The notes under the pieces: model-generated
What the model was told of the DNA's origin: nothing
Database searches by the model: none
The model's input: the letters and a program-made list of their open reading frames with translations, nothing else
Translations under genes and position numbers: made by a program
Part shown: in pieces, positions 35,262 to 48,247 of the stretch
Layout of the letters: each line of letters opens with the position of its first letter
Position numbering within the stretch: position 1 is the stretch's first letter
Assembly: GCA_051294375.1 (NCBI GenBank)
Contig: CM119271.1
Coordinates: 862,721 to 926,720 of the forward strand
Length of the DNA: 64,000 nucleotides
Direction of reading: 5' to 3'
Source: Paraspadella gotoi
Lineage: Eukaryota; Animalia; Chaetognatha

Positions 35262-35776
35262 TTCTTTTTCATCTCATTTGCATAAATGAGTCGGAATGGT
35301 TAATCCCATCAATCCTTCTGGCTTTCAGCTCTTTCGGCTCTGTCGTCGTCGTCGTCGTCGTTATCGTTGTCATCGTTGTCGTCGTCGTCGTCTTTGATCT
35401 TTGTCATCATCGTCGTCGTCGTCGTCATCTTATCCGTCCTCTTCTCAGATTGTCATCAAAAATATTTCAAAGAGAAAACAATACAATGTCTAAAAAAAAT
35501 ATTTAAAGATTTTACAATTTTTTTTTCATATCTCTGATAATTGCGACTTTTCGAGAGTACATTTAAAGAAATTAAAATCTTTAGGTTGCTTAATTTGCTT
35601 GTTTTGTATTTAAATGAAATTAAAAAAACAATTGAAAACAGTTGTGAAGTTTCATAACTCTGGACCCTATATTACTATCCTATAGTTAATTATTTGTATC
35701 ATATATTTCCTATATTTAACAATTTTATAACATTTTCAGTCCAGTCCAGTTAATTTTTATCACAATTCAATCTCAG

Positions 35777-35873
35777 CTTCGTCCCAATATCTGGAAAAAT
35801 CCGGCGTCGTCGAGTGGAAAGAATTAGAGATGACGACGACGATGACGACGACGACGACAGGGACGAATTTCAG
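35777..35873 (+). CDS. Putative exon of an unidentified host gene
   Basis: TCTCAG acceptor and strong CAG|GTAAGG donor, phase-compatible with 34409-34558; reads FVPISGKIRRRRVERIRD...EFQ. Duplicate at ~31860-31957. Confidence 0.4.
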
Positions 35874-36070
35874 GTAAGGACAATCATTCAATTTCTTTTC
35901 AATTTTTTGAGACATTTTCTCTCTGATTGTTCTGTAATCTTTGGCTCTCTTTTCCAAAAACGCCCCATTTCTGTTCCTTAATGCCTGAACTAAATTTGAA
36001 CTAAATATATAACCTTAATCTGTTACCAAACTCATATTATAATTTTTGTCCCTAATTTCTAATTGTGATT

Positions 36071-36737
36071 CTAAACCTAACCCAATTCTTAACCCTAACT
36101 TAACCTAAACCCAATCCTTAACCTTAATCCTAAACCCAATCCTTAACCCTAACCTTAAACCTAAACCCTATCCTTAACCTAACCTTAAACCCAATCCTTA
36201 ATCCTAACCTTAAACCTAAACCCAATCCTTAACCTTAATCCTAAACCCAATCCTTAACCCTAAACCTAAACCTAACCCAATCCTTAACCTTAATCCTAAA
36301 CCTAATCCTTAACCCTAAACCTAAACCCAATCCTTAACCTTAATCCTAAACCCAATCCTTAACCCTAACCTTAAACCTAAACCCAATTCTTAACCCTAAC
36401 CCTAAACCCAATCCTTAATCCTAACCTTAATCTTAAACCCAATCCTTATTCCTAACCTTAATCCTAAACCCAATCCTCTAACCCTAACCTTAAACCTAAA
36501 CCCAAATCTNNNNNNNNNNNNNNNNNNNNNNNNNATCCTTAATCCTAACCTTAATCCTAAACCCAATCCTTATTCCTAACCTTAATCCTAAACCCAATCC
36601 TTAACCCTAACCTTAAACCTAAACCCAAATCTTAACCCTAACCTTAAACCTAACCCAATTCTTAACCCTAAAAACTAAACCCAATCCTTAACCCTTACCT
36701 AATCCTAACCCAATCCTTAACCCTAATAAACCTAAAA
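36071..36737. repeat. Telomere-like degenerate hexamer satellite spanning a 25-N gap
   Basis: Same variants as 32158-32421; Ns at 36510-36534. Its right end recurs at 50964-51070. Confidence 0.9.
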
Positions 36738-38721
36738 CAATAATGTTTAGTAGTTGTTGATGGTTGTTGTTGTTGTTGCTTTAGAAATCATCACCATTTT
36801 TTAGAAAAATTTTAAACCGTCATCAGCGTCATTGTCTTTGTCATTGTCTTTTTCATTGTCTTTGCGATAAGTTTGATGGTCATCGGGCCCCCTTTCTCTT
36901 TCCCCCGGCCCCCCTTTCTCTTCCCCCCGCTCCCCCCGCTTTTTTGTTACCCCCCGCTCCTTTCTTTTCATCGAGGGTGTTTGCGTCAAATTCAGTGGCC
37001 ACTTTGTCGTCGTCGTCGTCGTCGTTTTTGTCAACTTTTTTACCATATTTAAAGCGACATTGTGGTCGACGTCGTCGTCGTCTTTCTCGATGTCATTTAA
37101 AAGCGACATGTCTGTCTTCATCGGTCGTCGTATTTGTCATTTTTCGCTGCCATTTAATAGCGTTATTATCATCCTTGTCTTTAAAGTATTTCTTTTTCTC
37201 CATCAGTTAAAAGCGTCTTTGTTGTCGTCGTCATCTTGTCTTGCGTGTTGTTGTCATCGTCGTTGTCGCCATTCTCGACGTAATTTTAAACCGTCTCGCT
37301 GTCGGCGTCATCTTCATCGTCGTTTTTCACCGTCATTTAAAAAGCGTCTTTGTTGTCGTCGTCATCTTGTCTTGCTGTTGTTGTCATCGTCGTTGTCGCC
37401 ATTCTCGACGTAATTTTAAACCGTCTTGCTGTCGGCGTCATCTTCATCGTCGTTTTTCACCGTCATTTAAAAGCGTCTTTGTGTCGTCGTCTTCGTCGTC
37501 GTCCTCTTCGTCGTCGTCATTATCGTCGCCAATTTTTCTGAGTTACGCAACCAGGATTTACGAAGCCAAAGAAAAGGAGAAGATGTAAAAAGAAGAGGGA
37601 AGAAGAAACGGTAATGCAAGAAATGTCACGTGCGAGCGTGTCAATTCGGTAAATGCGCGCAGGACGAGACGAGGTCGTGCGAACTTGAGTTTATATGAGA
37701 CGGCGATGTAGTGCATCAACACTTTTGAAAAGTTTTGACTTATTGGGGAAATAAATGAAAAGAAACTTAAGATTTATAGGAAATATTTTGGCTCTCTTTC
37801 CAAACTGTTTTAATATTGTCGGTTTTTTACCGTAAGTAATGAATATTAATTGTTTTATCACAGAAGAGTTAAATATTAATTGTTTTATCAACTGAGTGAT
37901 AATTATGACACTTTTATCACCGGAGATGACGAAGATGATTTGATGAGAATCTCGTACGTCGATTTCTCGTCTCCTCACGAGTCACGACCGGGAAGATTTC
38001 ACCAACGTCTTCTTTTTCTTTTTCTTACCTCTCCTTTCCTTTTCTTTTCTTACCTCTCCTTTCCTTTTCTTCTTACTCTCCTTTCCTTTTCTTTTCTTAC
38101 CTCTCCTTTCCTTTTCTTTTCTTACCTCTCCTTTCCTTTTCTTTTTCTTACCCTCTCCTTCTTTTCTACCTCTCCTTCCTTTTTCTTTTCTTACTCTCCT
38201 TTCCTTTTCTTTTCTTACCTCTCCTTTCCTTTTCTTTTCTTACCTCTCCTTTCCTTTTTCTTTTTTTACTCTTCTTCCTTCCTTCCTTTTCTTTTCTTAC
38301 CTCTCCTTTCCTTTTCTCTTCTTACCTCTCCTTTCTCTTTTCTTCTCCTTTCTTTTCTTATCCTCTCTTTCCTTTTCTTTTTCTTACCTCTCCTTTCCTT
38401 TTCTTTTCTTACCTCTCCTTTCCTTTTCTTTCTTACTCTCTCCTTTCTCTCTTTTCTTTCCTTTTCTTTTCTTACCTCTCCTTTCCTTTTTTCTACCTCT
38501 CCTTTCCTTTCTTTTCTTACCTCTCCTTTCCTTTTCTTTTCTTACCTCATCTCCTCCCCGAATTCTTATTCTCACCGCACGTGTCCATAAAACGATCACG
38601 TCGCAAAACCGGTGTTGTTTACACAAGGAGAGAGAGAGAGAGAGAGAGAAGAAGAGGAGAGAGAGAGAGAGAGGCAGAGAGAGAGAGGCAGGAACAGATT
38701 TATCATCCAGGCAAAAAGGCT

Positions 38722-39438
38722 TTTGTTGTTGTTATTGTTGTTGTCCTTGTTTACAATTTCTTGAGAAATGCTCCTAGGTCGAGATTTTATTGGCTGTGGA
38801 TAAGGCGCTAAGTGGGCTGCAACTTCTTTAACCCCTCTTGCAGCCATGGAACGGGTTCTGGGTTGGAACCAGGCTTGAGGGTTTTCCAGGGCCCCCCAAG
38901 GCGCCGTCCTCACGCTTCCCGCAGGGTAGTTACCGGGTTTGGGATTAACCCAAGTACCTCTGTGGTCATTGAGCTGATGCTTTTACTCATGAGCCATCGG
39001 GTCACGACTGAAGGTGTCATCTTATAGGCGGGTGACCTAGGCAATGTCCGACTACATGCCCCCCAGATTGTAACCCACCCTGCATACTTCCAATGGAGGG
39101 AGGGGAGCAATCTTAACAAATCCATGGGCCTGGAATAGAGGTTGGGAATACGCTCGACAGGATGGGCTCACCAGTGTGGATAAGGCACTTAAGTGGGGCT
39201 GAGATGACTATTCACAACTTCTTTAATCCCTCTTGCAGCATGGAATGGTTCTGGGCTTGGAAACGCAGGCTTGAGGGTTTCCACACCCCCAAGGTGGCTT
39301 ACGGCTATCCTTCACGCTTCCCGCAGGGTAGTTACCGGGTTGGGATTGCCCAGTACCTAGTGTCATGAGCTGATGGCTTTACTCATTGAGCCACCGGTCA
39401 CGACTGAAGGTGTCATGCTTATAGGCGGGGTTGAACCG
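38722..39438 (-). mobile_element. Duplicate of the tRNA-derived SINE-like pair
   Basis: Matches 53061-53779 with scattered indels. Confidence 0.55.
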
Positions 39439-40176
39439 ACTAAGGACGAGTCTACTCCAATCAAAGCTATAATTGTCCGAGTCTCCACTAATAAAACTTG
39501 ATTGCCCCTTTTTACCGATCAAAGCTTTGATTGGCCGAGTCTCACTAATAAAACTTTGATTGGCCGACTTTTAGCGATCAAAGCTTTGATTGGCCAAGTC
39601 AAAACTTTGATAGGTCGAGTCTCCATAATAAAAGCTTTCATTTCCGGAAGATAAAATTTAAACGCAACATATGTCTAGAATAATAGAGCTGTTTTCCCTC
39701 AGATTGTTAAATATTACTTATGATTTAATTAAAATAATATTTTTATTCAATCTTCGTGTCTATCTTATCTCTGAGTCACAAACTCATCGTCTTACGGTCG
39801 CTCAGATTTTCACCTCATTAATCTGCTGGAGAAGCGACGACGACGACGAGCGACGATATAAACGGCGACGAGAAGACGGACGACGTAACAACGACGACGA
39901 TTACGGACGACGACGGCAACGTTAAAAGATATCGGAAAAAAGTATTGCTTTTCTCGCGCTAAAGAAATAAGCTCATCTGAATTGAATTAGTAGTTCATTT
40001 ATTAATAATAATTAATTATGATAAATGATTATTAATGTAATCATTTTTTAATCAATTGGAAAAATACATAGATTCTCTGACTGTACGACTTAACTTATAG
40101 GCAACACTAAGGCCTTATTTAAAGAAAGAGTTGCCCCTACTCCATCCCTTCTCTCTCTCTCTCTCTCTCTCTGCGT

Positions 40177-40216
<40 letters not shown>

Positions 40217-43060
40217 GTTAAGCAAATCGACAAACGATCGACGCCGCCGACCGACGCCGCATCAAAAACGACGCCAATCCGCGCTGCGCCGTCCGCCAAG
40301 GTTGCCAGCCCGCGTGGCGCGAGTCGGCGCTGCAACGTCGTCTTCCCTCGTAAAAACGCGTGGACCACGAGGGCGCGGCGCCGACGCCGGTGGAGGACGA
40401 GACGAAGAAGCGGCGTCGAAACAAGTGAGATCACTATTAACTATTCACTATCACTTTCACTATCACTAATACACTTCTTTTTTTTATTAACTTTATTAAT
40501 TTCAGTTCAAATGAATACGCAATGCACGAAAAAATGCTAATTTTAATTCTCCGCTGGTTTTTCCTTCATTCTTCTCTCCTTTTCTTTCTCCTTTCTCTAT
40601 CCTTTTCTTTTCTCCACTTCTTCTCTCCTTTTCTTTCTCCCTTCTTCTCTCCTTGTCTTTCTCCCTTCTTCTCTCCTTTTCTTTCTCCTTCTTCTCTCCT
40701 TTTCTTTCTCCCTTCTCTCCTTTTCTTTCTCCCTTCTTCTCTTTATTTTCTCCTTCCTCCTCTTCTCCTTCTTTCCTCCCTTCTCCCTGCTTCTTCATTC
40801 CTCTTTCGTTTCCTCCCTCCCTCTCTCTCTTCCCTCCCGCCCTTTCCCCTCCAGGTTGAAATCCGCGTGGATTCTCCTCGTTCTCAAACGAGTTCTCGAC
40901 CCAAAAAAAAACCACATTCGTCCAAACCGGAAAGAAATCCGCCCAGGGTGAGTCCATTCCTGTCCTGGGTAAGGTCTTTCGGATGAGTTAGAGGTCAGTA
41001 GGAAAATTAGGATTGCGAGTTAAATTGAATCATGAAAATGATAATTATTTAATAACCGGTTGAGATTATAATCTAAAGTTTTTAATCTTGAAACGTTAAT
41101 CTTGCAAATTAATCTTTAATCTTATATTTTAAAATAGTTAAATCTTAAAAGAAGAATCCTAAATCCTAAATCTTTAAAATTCATAAATCTGTCGTTTATT
41201 CTCAAAAATTGTTGGATGTTACTCGTTTAATCATAATCTTACAAAGTAATTTGTATAAAAAAAGCTCTTATCGGAAAATACTAAATAGTATTACCAGTTA
41301 TGACCAGTATGACAACTGAAGCAGTAGTCAATAAGCATTAGTATAGTTTGGATTCACGAAACTCTGGTAAGTCGAGAGGCGGGAATTATAAGAACGTAAG
41401 AAATCAAGCCGAAAAGAGGATAAGGGCCAGCGAAGGCGCGAGGCTGCGGGATTTGGCGAAATGAGGTTCAGTCGAGTGGAGGCAAATCGAGGAGAACGCT
41501 GAGTTAAGAAGGTGAGAAAGAAATTGAGAAAAGTAAGGGAAAAAGTAAGTAAGTTAATATTGGGTAGAAATTGAGGAGGAATGAAGAAAGTTTAGTGACG
41601 TTATATCACTACCCGTTCAATAAGAAGTACGCTCTCCATCAGCCGTATATTTGCGTATTGGGACAAACATATCATCTCCGATCTCAAGTTTGGTCCCGGG
41701 TTCTAGCCCTGGTCGAAACGATCCTTTCAAAAGAGTAGGGCTGGTTTAAACCGGTAGCATGCCTGCTGCCGTACCTATCCGATCCGTATCCGTATCCGTA
41801 TCCGTATCAAAGAGTGATGGGCTGGTTAAACCGATAGCATGCCTTGCTGCCGTATCGAAGTTCCGGAAAGAAAAGCAATACGAGGAAAAAATCTTCCAGT
41901 GCTACTGGGCACACTAATTGGGGGCTTTTCACACACTCACAAGTTCTTGTCGACTCATCTCCTCTCGATCCACATTACAGACAAAGCCAAAAGTAAAAGG
42001 TTAAACAAGTCAATAAACAACGTTCGAAACGATTCACCATAAAAGGACAAAAACCCAGTGAAGAGAATAACGAAGAAGCGATCAGAAATCACGAAATCTC
42101 GTTTCGTATATGTGAAACGAGTGAATTAAGGATTAAGCGATCCTCGCCGAGAGAGAGGGAAACCCATTTTGCGCGTTGACATTAGCAGATGCCGATAGAG
42201 ATGCCATTTGGAGATGGCAGTAAAAGATGTCATAGGAGATACCGTAAGAAGAGTGCCATTGGAGTTGGTATTTAAGATGCCGTCAAGAGATGGCATCAGA
42301 TATATTGTGGCCCAGAGAATTGGCGAATACCAGATACCGAAATAGCTGACGGCCATTTCAGCCCCCATATCAAGGCAATCTTGATGAGGAGAAAAAATAA
42401 TGTTAATTTGGGTTATCTTAGGAAGGAGCCCGCCCGGGCTACGAAGACATAGGGGAAAGTAAGAGGAAATTGGGGAGGACAGAAGAGGGAGAGAGAAAGA
42501 GAGAGAGAGAGAAAGGAGAAAGAGAGGAAGAGAAAGAGGGAGAGAGAAGAGGAGAGAGAATAGGGAGAGAGAGTTCCCTAAACCGTAAAACGACTCATTT
42601 GGCGTGGCGAAATGAACCAGAAGTTAACATACCGATGACTTGTTATTGGTCGACAGTGGAAGAGCAGCACAGGCGGGAAGAGGCCGAGAGGAAAGAAGGA
42701 GGGTGAAAATAATGGGATCGAACGGGACTTGGGGGGGGGAATTTGACTAGGGTGATGACTCAACTGGGGGGGGGCAACCAATAGGGGGCGACACTCTGTG
42801 AAAGAAAGGAAATAATGGATCCTTTTGCTCGCGACGAAAGATCGAACTTGATACGATTTTTATGATGGGAATTAAAATATTTTTTCCCCTTTTTATTATT
42901 CATGTTTTTGTTATACTCTTTCTCTCTTTCATTCTATCTCTCTCTCTCTCTCTATCTCTTTTTCCTCGTAAAAATAAAGCGGTCAGGAGAGGAAAACAAG
43001 ACGACTAGGATTAAGGTTCCTCTTTCTCAAGCGTTCGCGTTCTGTCATTACCCCCCCCCC

Positions 43061-46000
43061 TAGGGTGTTCATATTCCAAAAGTTGTTTGTATCTTCACGC
43101 ACATTTAGCACGACGGGCATGGCCTAAAAAAATAGGTTAGCACCAATCGCCATTTCAAATCGGTCCAACGCCTTTAGCATACCCTGAGATTTTTGGCCAC
43201 ACCTTTTCACATCATCCCTCACTGTGTCTAAAGTATGAGAGATTTAATCGTCCAACATAATTTATTAGTTAAAGAAGTCCATTTAAGTTTGTTCTATTAA
43301 AATTTAGAGTCACAACTACTCTAGTGGACCCACAACAGCATCCACAAGCTGCTGCACCAGGTAGTGGCCAATACATTGCGTACCATATCTTCTTGTTTTA
43401 GAGGTTACATATAAAAATTTTCTACACAGTTTTATCATAAAATAGGTGCTCTTTTCTAATTTAATATACATCTTTTAAAAAAATTGGTGTGCCTACATCC
43501 TGGAGGATAATTCCTGCCACAGATTCTTTTAAAATAAAATTATATACAAAATATTTATTTATATTATTTGCTATAGGTTTAATTAATGAGAGCATGATAT
43601 AATTACTATACACGATAATTTCATCTTGATTGACCAAATACTTTTGTAAGATATCCTGTTTATAAGAATTTTGAAAAAAATTTTTTAACCCACACAGAAA
43701 TAAAGAAATAAAAGTTATGGCATAAAAATTGCTTTATTAGTTGATAAAACCGCTCTAGGTTTATATTCCAATTCATGATTTCATAAGAACCAATCCCCAG
43801 AGGCTCTGTGGCGAAGCATTCTCAATTTGTTGGGAGGATGTGGACCAACAGTTGCAGATAAAAATTTTTTATCAAAATAATTTACATTCTATTATAGATG
43901 ATAATTTGCTTCCTTTAGTGATATCAGACTTGTACTCTGACTCTTTATTAGGTCCTGTGCATTACTTTTTTGTATGATACTTCTTGTCCAGACTGCTGAA
44001 GGTAAACAAAATTTAAGTACAACCACAACAATTGCTAACAAAACATTTATTCATATCATTATATTTAAATTCGATTACTATGTACCATAAACACGGATAT
44101 ATTATAACTTTAAAGTAATTCAGAGTACAATGAAAAAAAGAATCCCTGTTCAGTTTATATTTATTTTGGCTCTTTTTTTAAAAGCCAAACCATTTCTGTT
44201 TCTTAATCCCTGAACTAATTTCCAATTCTAATATTTTTAAACCCTAATCTGTTACAAAGTTATACCAAATTGTTAACCCTAATTGTAGAAAGTTTATTTT
44301 CTATGCCTGAGTTCACGCGTTTGATTCGTCGCCGTAGGTTTGGTTTTAATATGGAGCAAGGTTTTTCCTAAATCCCGAATGACTAAATGTTAAATAAATG
44401 ACAAATAAATTGTGAATAAATTGTGCATAAGCTTATTTTTTAAAATAGAAAGATAAATGCCAAAATCAGCATTGTATTATAATGTTTTTTTTCTGAAATT
44501 ATAAATTGGTATAAAAAATCCTTGGGATTCTGTAAAAAACTATGTTCCATATCCGATCTTCCAGAGAAACAATTATGATCGAAATATAAGTTGACGAGGT
44601 TTTCAGCTAACAGAAAGCGATAAAGAATGGTGAAAAAGACTGGTCTGAAAAGGTCAACTAAATGACTAGAGAAAATTCTGGAAGCGAGGTCACAAAATTT
44701 TCTCTAATGTACCCTTATATGGGCCCCCTAACCTTTAAAATATTAAAAACCCCCTTGGAAGGCCCCAATTTAATATCAAATTTATTTTAGTTTTTATCTC
44801 ACCAGATGGGCTTAAGCCTTAAGCCTTAAGCCTTTAAGGCCTTATCTTAAGGCTTAAGCCTTAAGCCTTAATGGCTTAAGCCCATATTGGGCGCTAGGGT
44901 AACCATTTAGTATTGCTTCTTGTTGTTGTTGTTGTCGTTGTTGTGTTGATATCATTGCTGTTTAACATTGAAAATACTCAAGTGTATAAACCATAGAAAG
45001 CTAAAAATTTAGATATGGCTTTCATCATTGGGTCTTTTAAGCATTAGTTATAATTCATATCCTCTACTCATTTGTTTGTTTTATTTACAAAACAAATTTT
45101 TATATATATAGATGACTTCAGCTCTGCAGCGGCTGTCAGCGGCCTGGTTCAGCTCTCTACTCTCTGCTCTTTTATTTATATGTCGCTCCTCTCTTTTCTT
45201 TTAATTTATATGTCGCTCTCTTCTCTTTTTTCCTCACTGCTTCTACTGATTCATCTAAAACGAGTTAATTCTTACGGGCCAAAACGGGTTCCCAGCTTTA
45301 TTTCTCTTTCTTTTCTCTCCTCTTTCTTTTTTCTGTCTCTCTCTCTCTTTTTTTCTCTCTCTTCTTTCTCTCTCTCTCTCTCACTCCATACATGTATTTG
45401 TTTGTTTGATTTACGCATGAATGGACATTGTATCAATGAATGACAATCATGGCCTCAATGAATGACTATCACGATCCAACATTTGTGTTGTCATGTTGCA
45501 TCATCATTTGGTATCATTGCATCAAATATTTGGTTATCTCAAATCAATAATTGGTTATCATTTGCGTCAATTATTGGTTATTCATTCGCATCAATAATCA
45601 ATTACTATTACATCAATCAATCAATTACTATTATTCAATAATTCGTTATTACACAATCATTCTTTTTTTCGGATTTTCTATTTAAAATTACCCCACTGGA
45701 CAATTCATTGAAACTTGATTTACAGCTTAATCACCCACTTTCAATCATACCACATACCTACAAAAATTTTTAAATGAATCTCTCTATTTAAGTAATATTG
45801 TGTCAAAGCTAAGGGAGTCCATCGGTCCCACCTCAAAAATCTTGTCGGTAAGTCGCTGATGATGATGTCAAGAACATTTAATTATTATTTATTCAAAACA
45901 ATCGATGTCTGTCCATCAGTCATCGTTAAATTTTTTTATACATATCTTTTTTTAGTATTTTTTAAGCCCAATATGAATTAACAAAAAATTGCCAAAAAAC

Positions 46001-48182
46001 TTTGATGAAAGAGACAGAGAAGGAGAGAAATTTTAAAAGAAAAGTTATAATATTTTATACCAGATGCAAGGTGGAGAACATTTCCCCACGAAATTTTGGA
46101 CTGCTACAAAGAAAAAATTGCTAAAAAGGTAAAGGAGAACTCAAAACATCTTTCACAGCTTCTTTAGCATGATTTTGATTCTCTGGTTTTAAAACCCTTC
46201 TGATTAAGAGAAAAAAACCATTTTTTTTTTTTAAACTGGGAAAGTCTTTCTTGAGCGCAATGCGAATTTAGAAAAAACTGTGCCAACAATTTTAAAAGAG
46301 AGAGGGGGAGAAAAAGAAAGAGAGAGGGATAATCTTCCACAGAAAACCTATCCTTTACTCAATTCTTTTACGTTTTTTATGAGTTTCTGAAGGAAATTCC
46401 CTATTAAAAAACTCATAAGGTATAAAAGTTTATGAAAATTTGATTACTTTTTTTTCATTAATCTTAGCGTTATGTTAGAAATATTACAAACGAGGTAGAA
46501 CATCAGTTAAACGTTTGTTTCCATTCAGCATAGAAGTATAAAACATTTTTTACAAGAACAGAAGAGAAAAACCATAATTGTTTCAAGCTGCCTCAACTTT
46601 TTCATTTGGCTGACTTTTGTAGGAATTCAATGTTTTTTAAATGTTTATTACATTTAAATACTGACGACGAGGAATTTAAACGATCCAGGTTATAACGAAT
46701 TTATAAACGATTTAAAAATAAACTATCGTAAAAAACTTAACCGTCAGTATTTTTTCAACGAGGGCAACTAAAGATTCTACAAATACAAATTCCAACATTA
46801 AGCGAAACAAGAACTCAGATAGCCTCGATTACAACCCCCTTTTCTTCTTTTTTTAAATTATTCGTTGATGCGGACTCTCAATCAAGAAAGAGGGGAAACT
46901 TCTGACCAGTAGGTTTCGCTTTTCAGCTGACGAACGTTGGAGCCGTCTCCCCCTACGGCGCTGTCGCCACTGCGATTATAATAACAATTTTAAAACAAAT
47001 TATTTACATGAAGAAAAAAAATTTGGAAAAATAATTCCGAAGTTTCCAATCTTTTAACACCTCTCTAGCACATTAGAACGGGTCCTGAGCTTGTAACTAG
47101 ACTAAGGGTTTTTCATGCCCCAAACGTTGTCCTCAGTCTCACACTTAACACGCTTATGCTTATAGGCGGTTTGAACATATTTGTTAATTTCTCAACTACA
47201 GTTTGTTATGATTGTTACTAATTTTTTTTTCCTTCAAGCAGTCTGCGACAGGAAGTATCTACAAAAAAGTAAGCACACCTTAATAAGAGTTCAGAGTTAC
47301 AAGTCTGATATCACTGAAGGAAGCAAATTACATCTTATAATTAGAATGTTAAATTACTTTGATTAAAAAATTTTTTACTGCAACTGTTGGTCCAATTCCT
47401 CCATCAAATTGAGAATGCTTCCACAGAGCCTTCTGGGGATTGGTCTTATGAATCATGATTGGAATATAAACCGTAGAGTTTTTATCAACTAATAAAGCAT
47501 TTTTGATACCTAACTTTTATTTCTTTATTTCTGTGTGTGTTAAAAATTTTTGCAAAAAATTCTTATAAACAGGATATCTTTTAAAAAGTATTTTGGTCAA
47601 TTCAAGATGAAATTTATCGTGTATAGTAATTATATACATGCTCTATTAATTTAAACTATAGCAAATAATATAAATAAAATATTTTGTATATTAATTTTAT
47701 TTTTAAAAGAATTGTGCAGGAATTATCCTCCCAGGATGTAGGCACACCAATTTTTTAAAAGATTGTATATTAAGATTAGAAAGAGCACCTATTTGATTGG
47801 ATAAAAACTGTGTTAGAAAATTTTATAGTCCTCTAAAACCAAGAAGATATGGTACGCAATGTATTGGCCACTACCTGGTGCAGCAGCTTCGTGGATTGCT
47901 GTTGTGGGTCGGCGGAGAAGAGTTGCGACTTCTAAATTTTAATAGAACAAACTAATGGACTTCTTTATACTAATAATATGTTGGACGATCAAAATCTCTC
48001 ATACTTTAGACCAGTGAGGATATTGAAAGGTGTGCCAAAAATCCTTCCGAGAGGGTACTGCTAAAGGCGTTGACAATTTTGAATGGCGATTGGTCAAAAA
48101 CCCTATTTTTTGTAGGCCATGCCCCGTCGTGTTAAAATGTGCGTTGAGAAAACAAACAACTTGGAATGATGCACACACCCTA
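43061..48182. mobile_element. Foldback element, duplicate copy
   Basis: Same long inverted arms and the same flanks as 57415-61895, with a longer internal region. Confidence 0.8.
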
Positions 48183-48183
48183 C

Positions 48184-48247
<64 letters not shown>

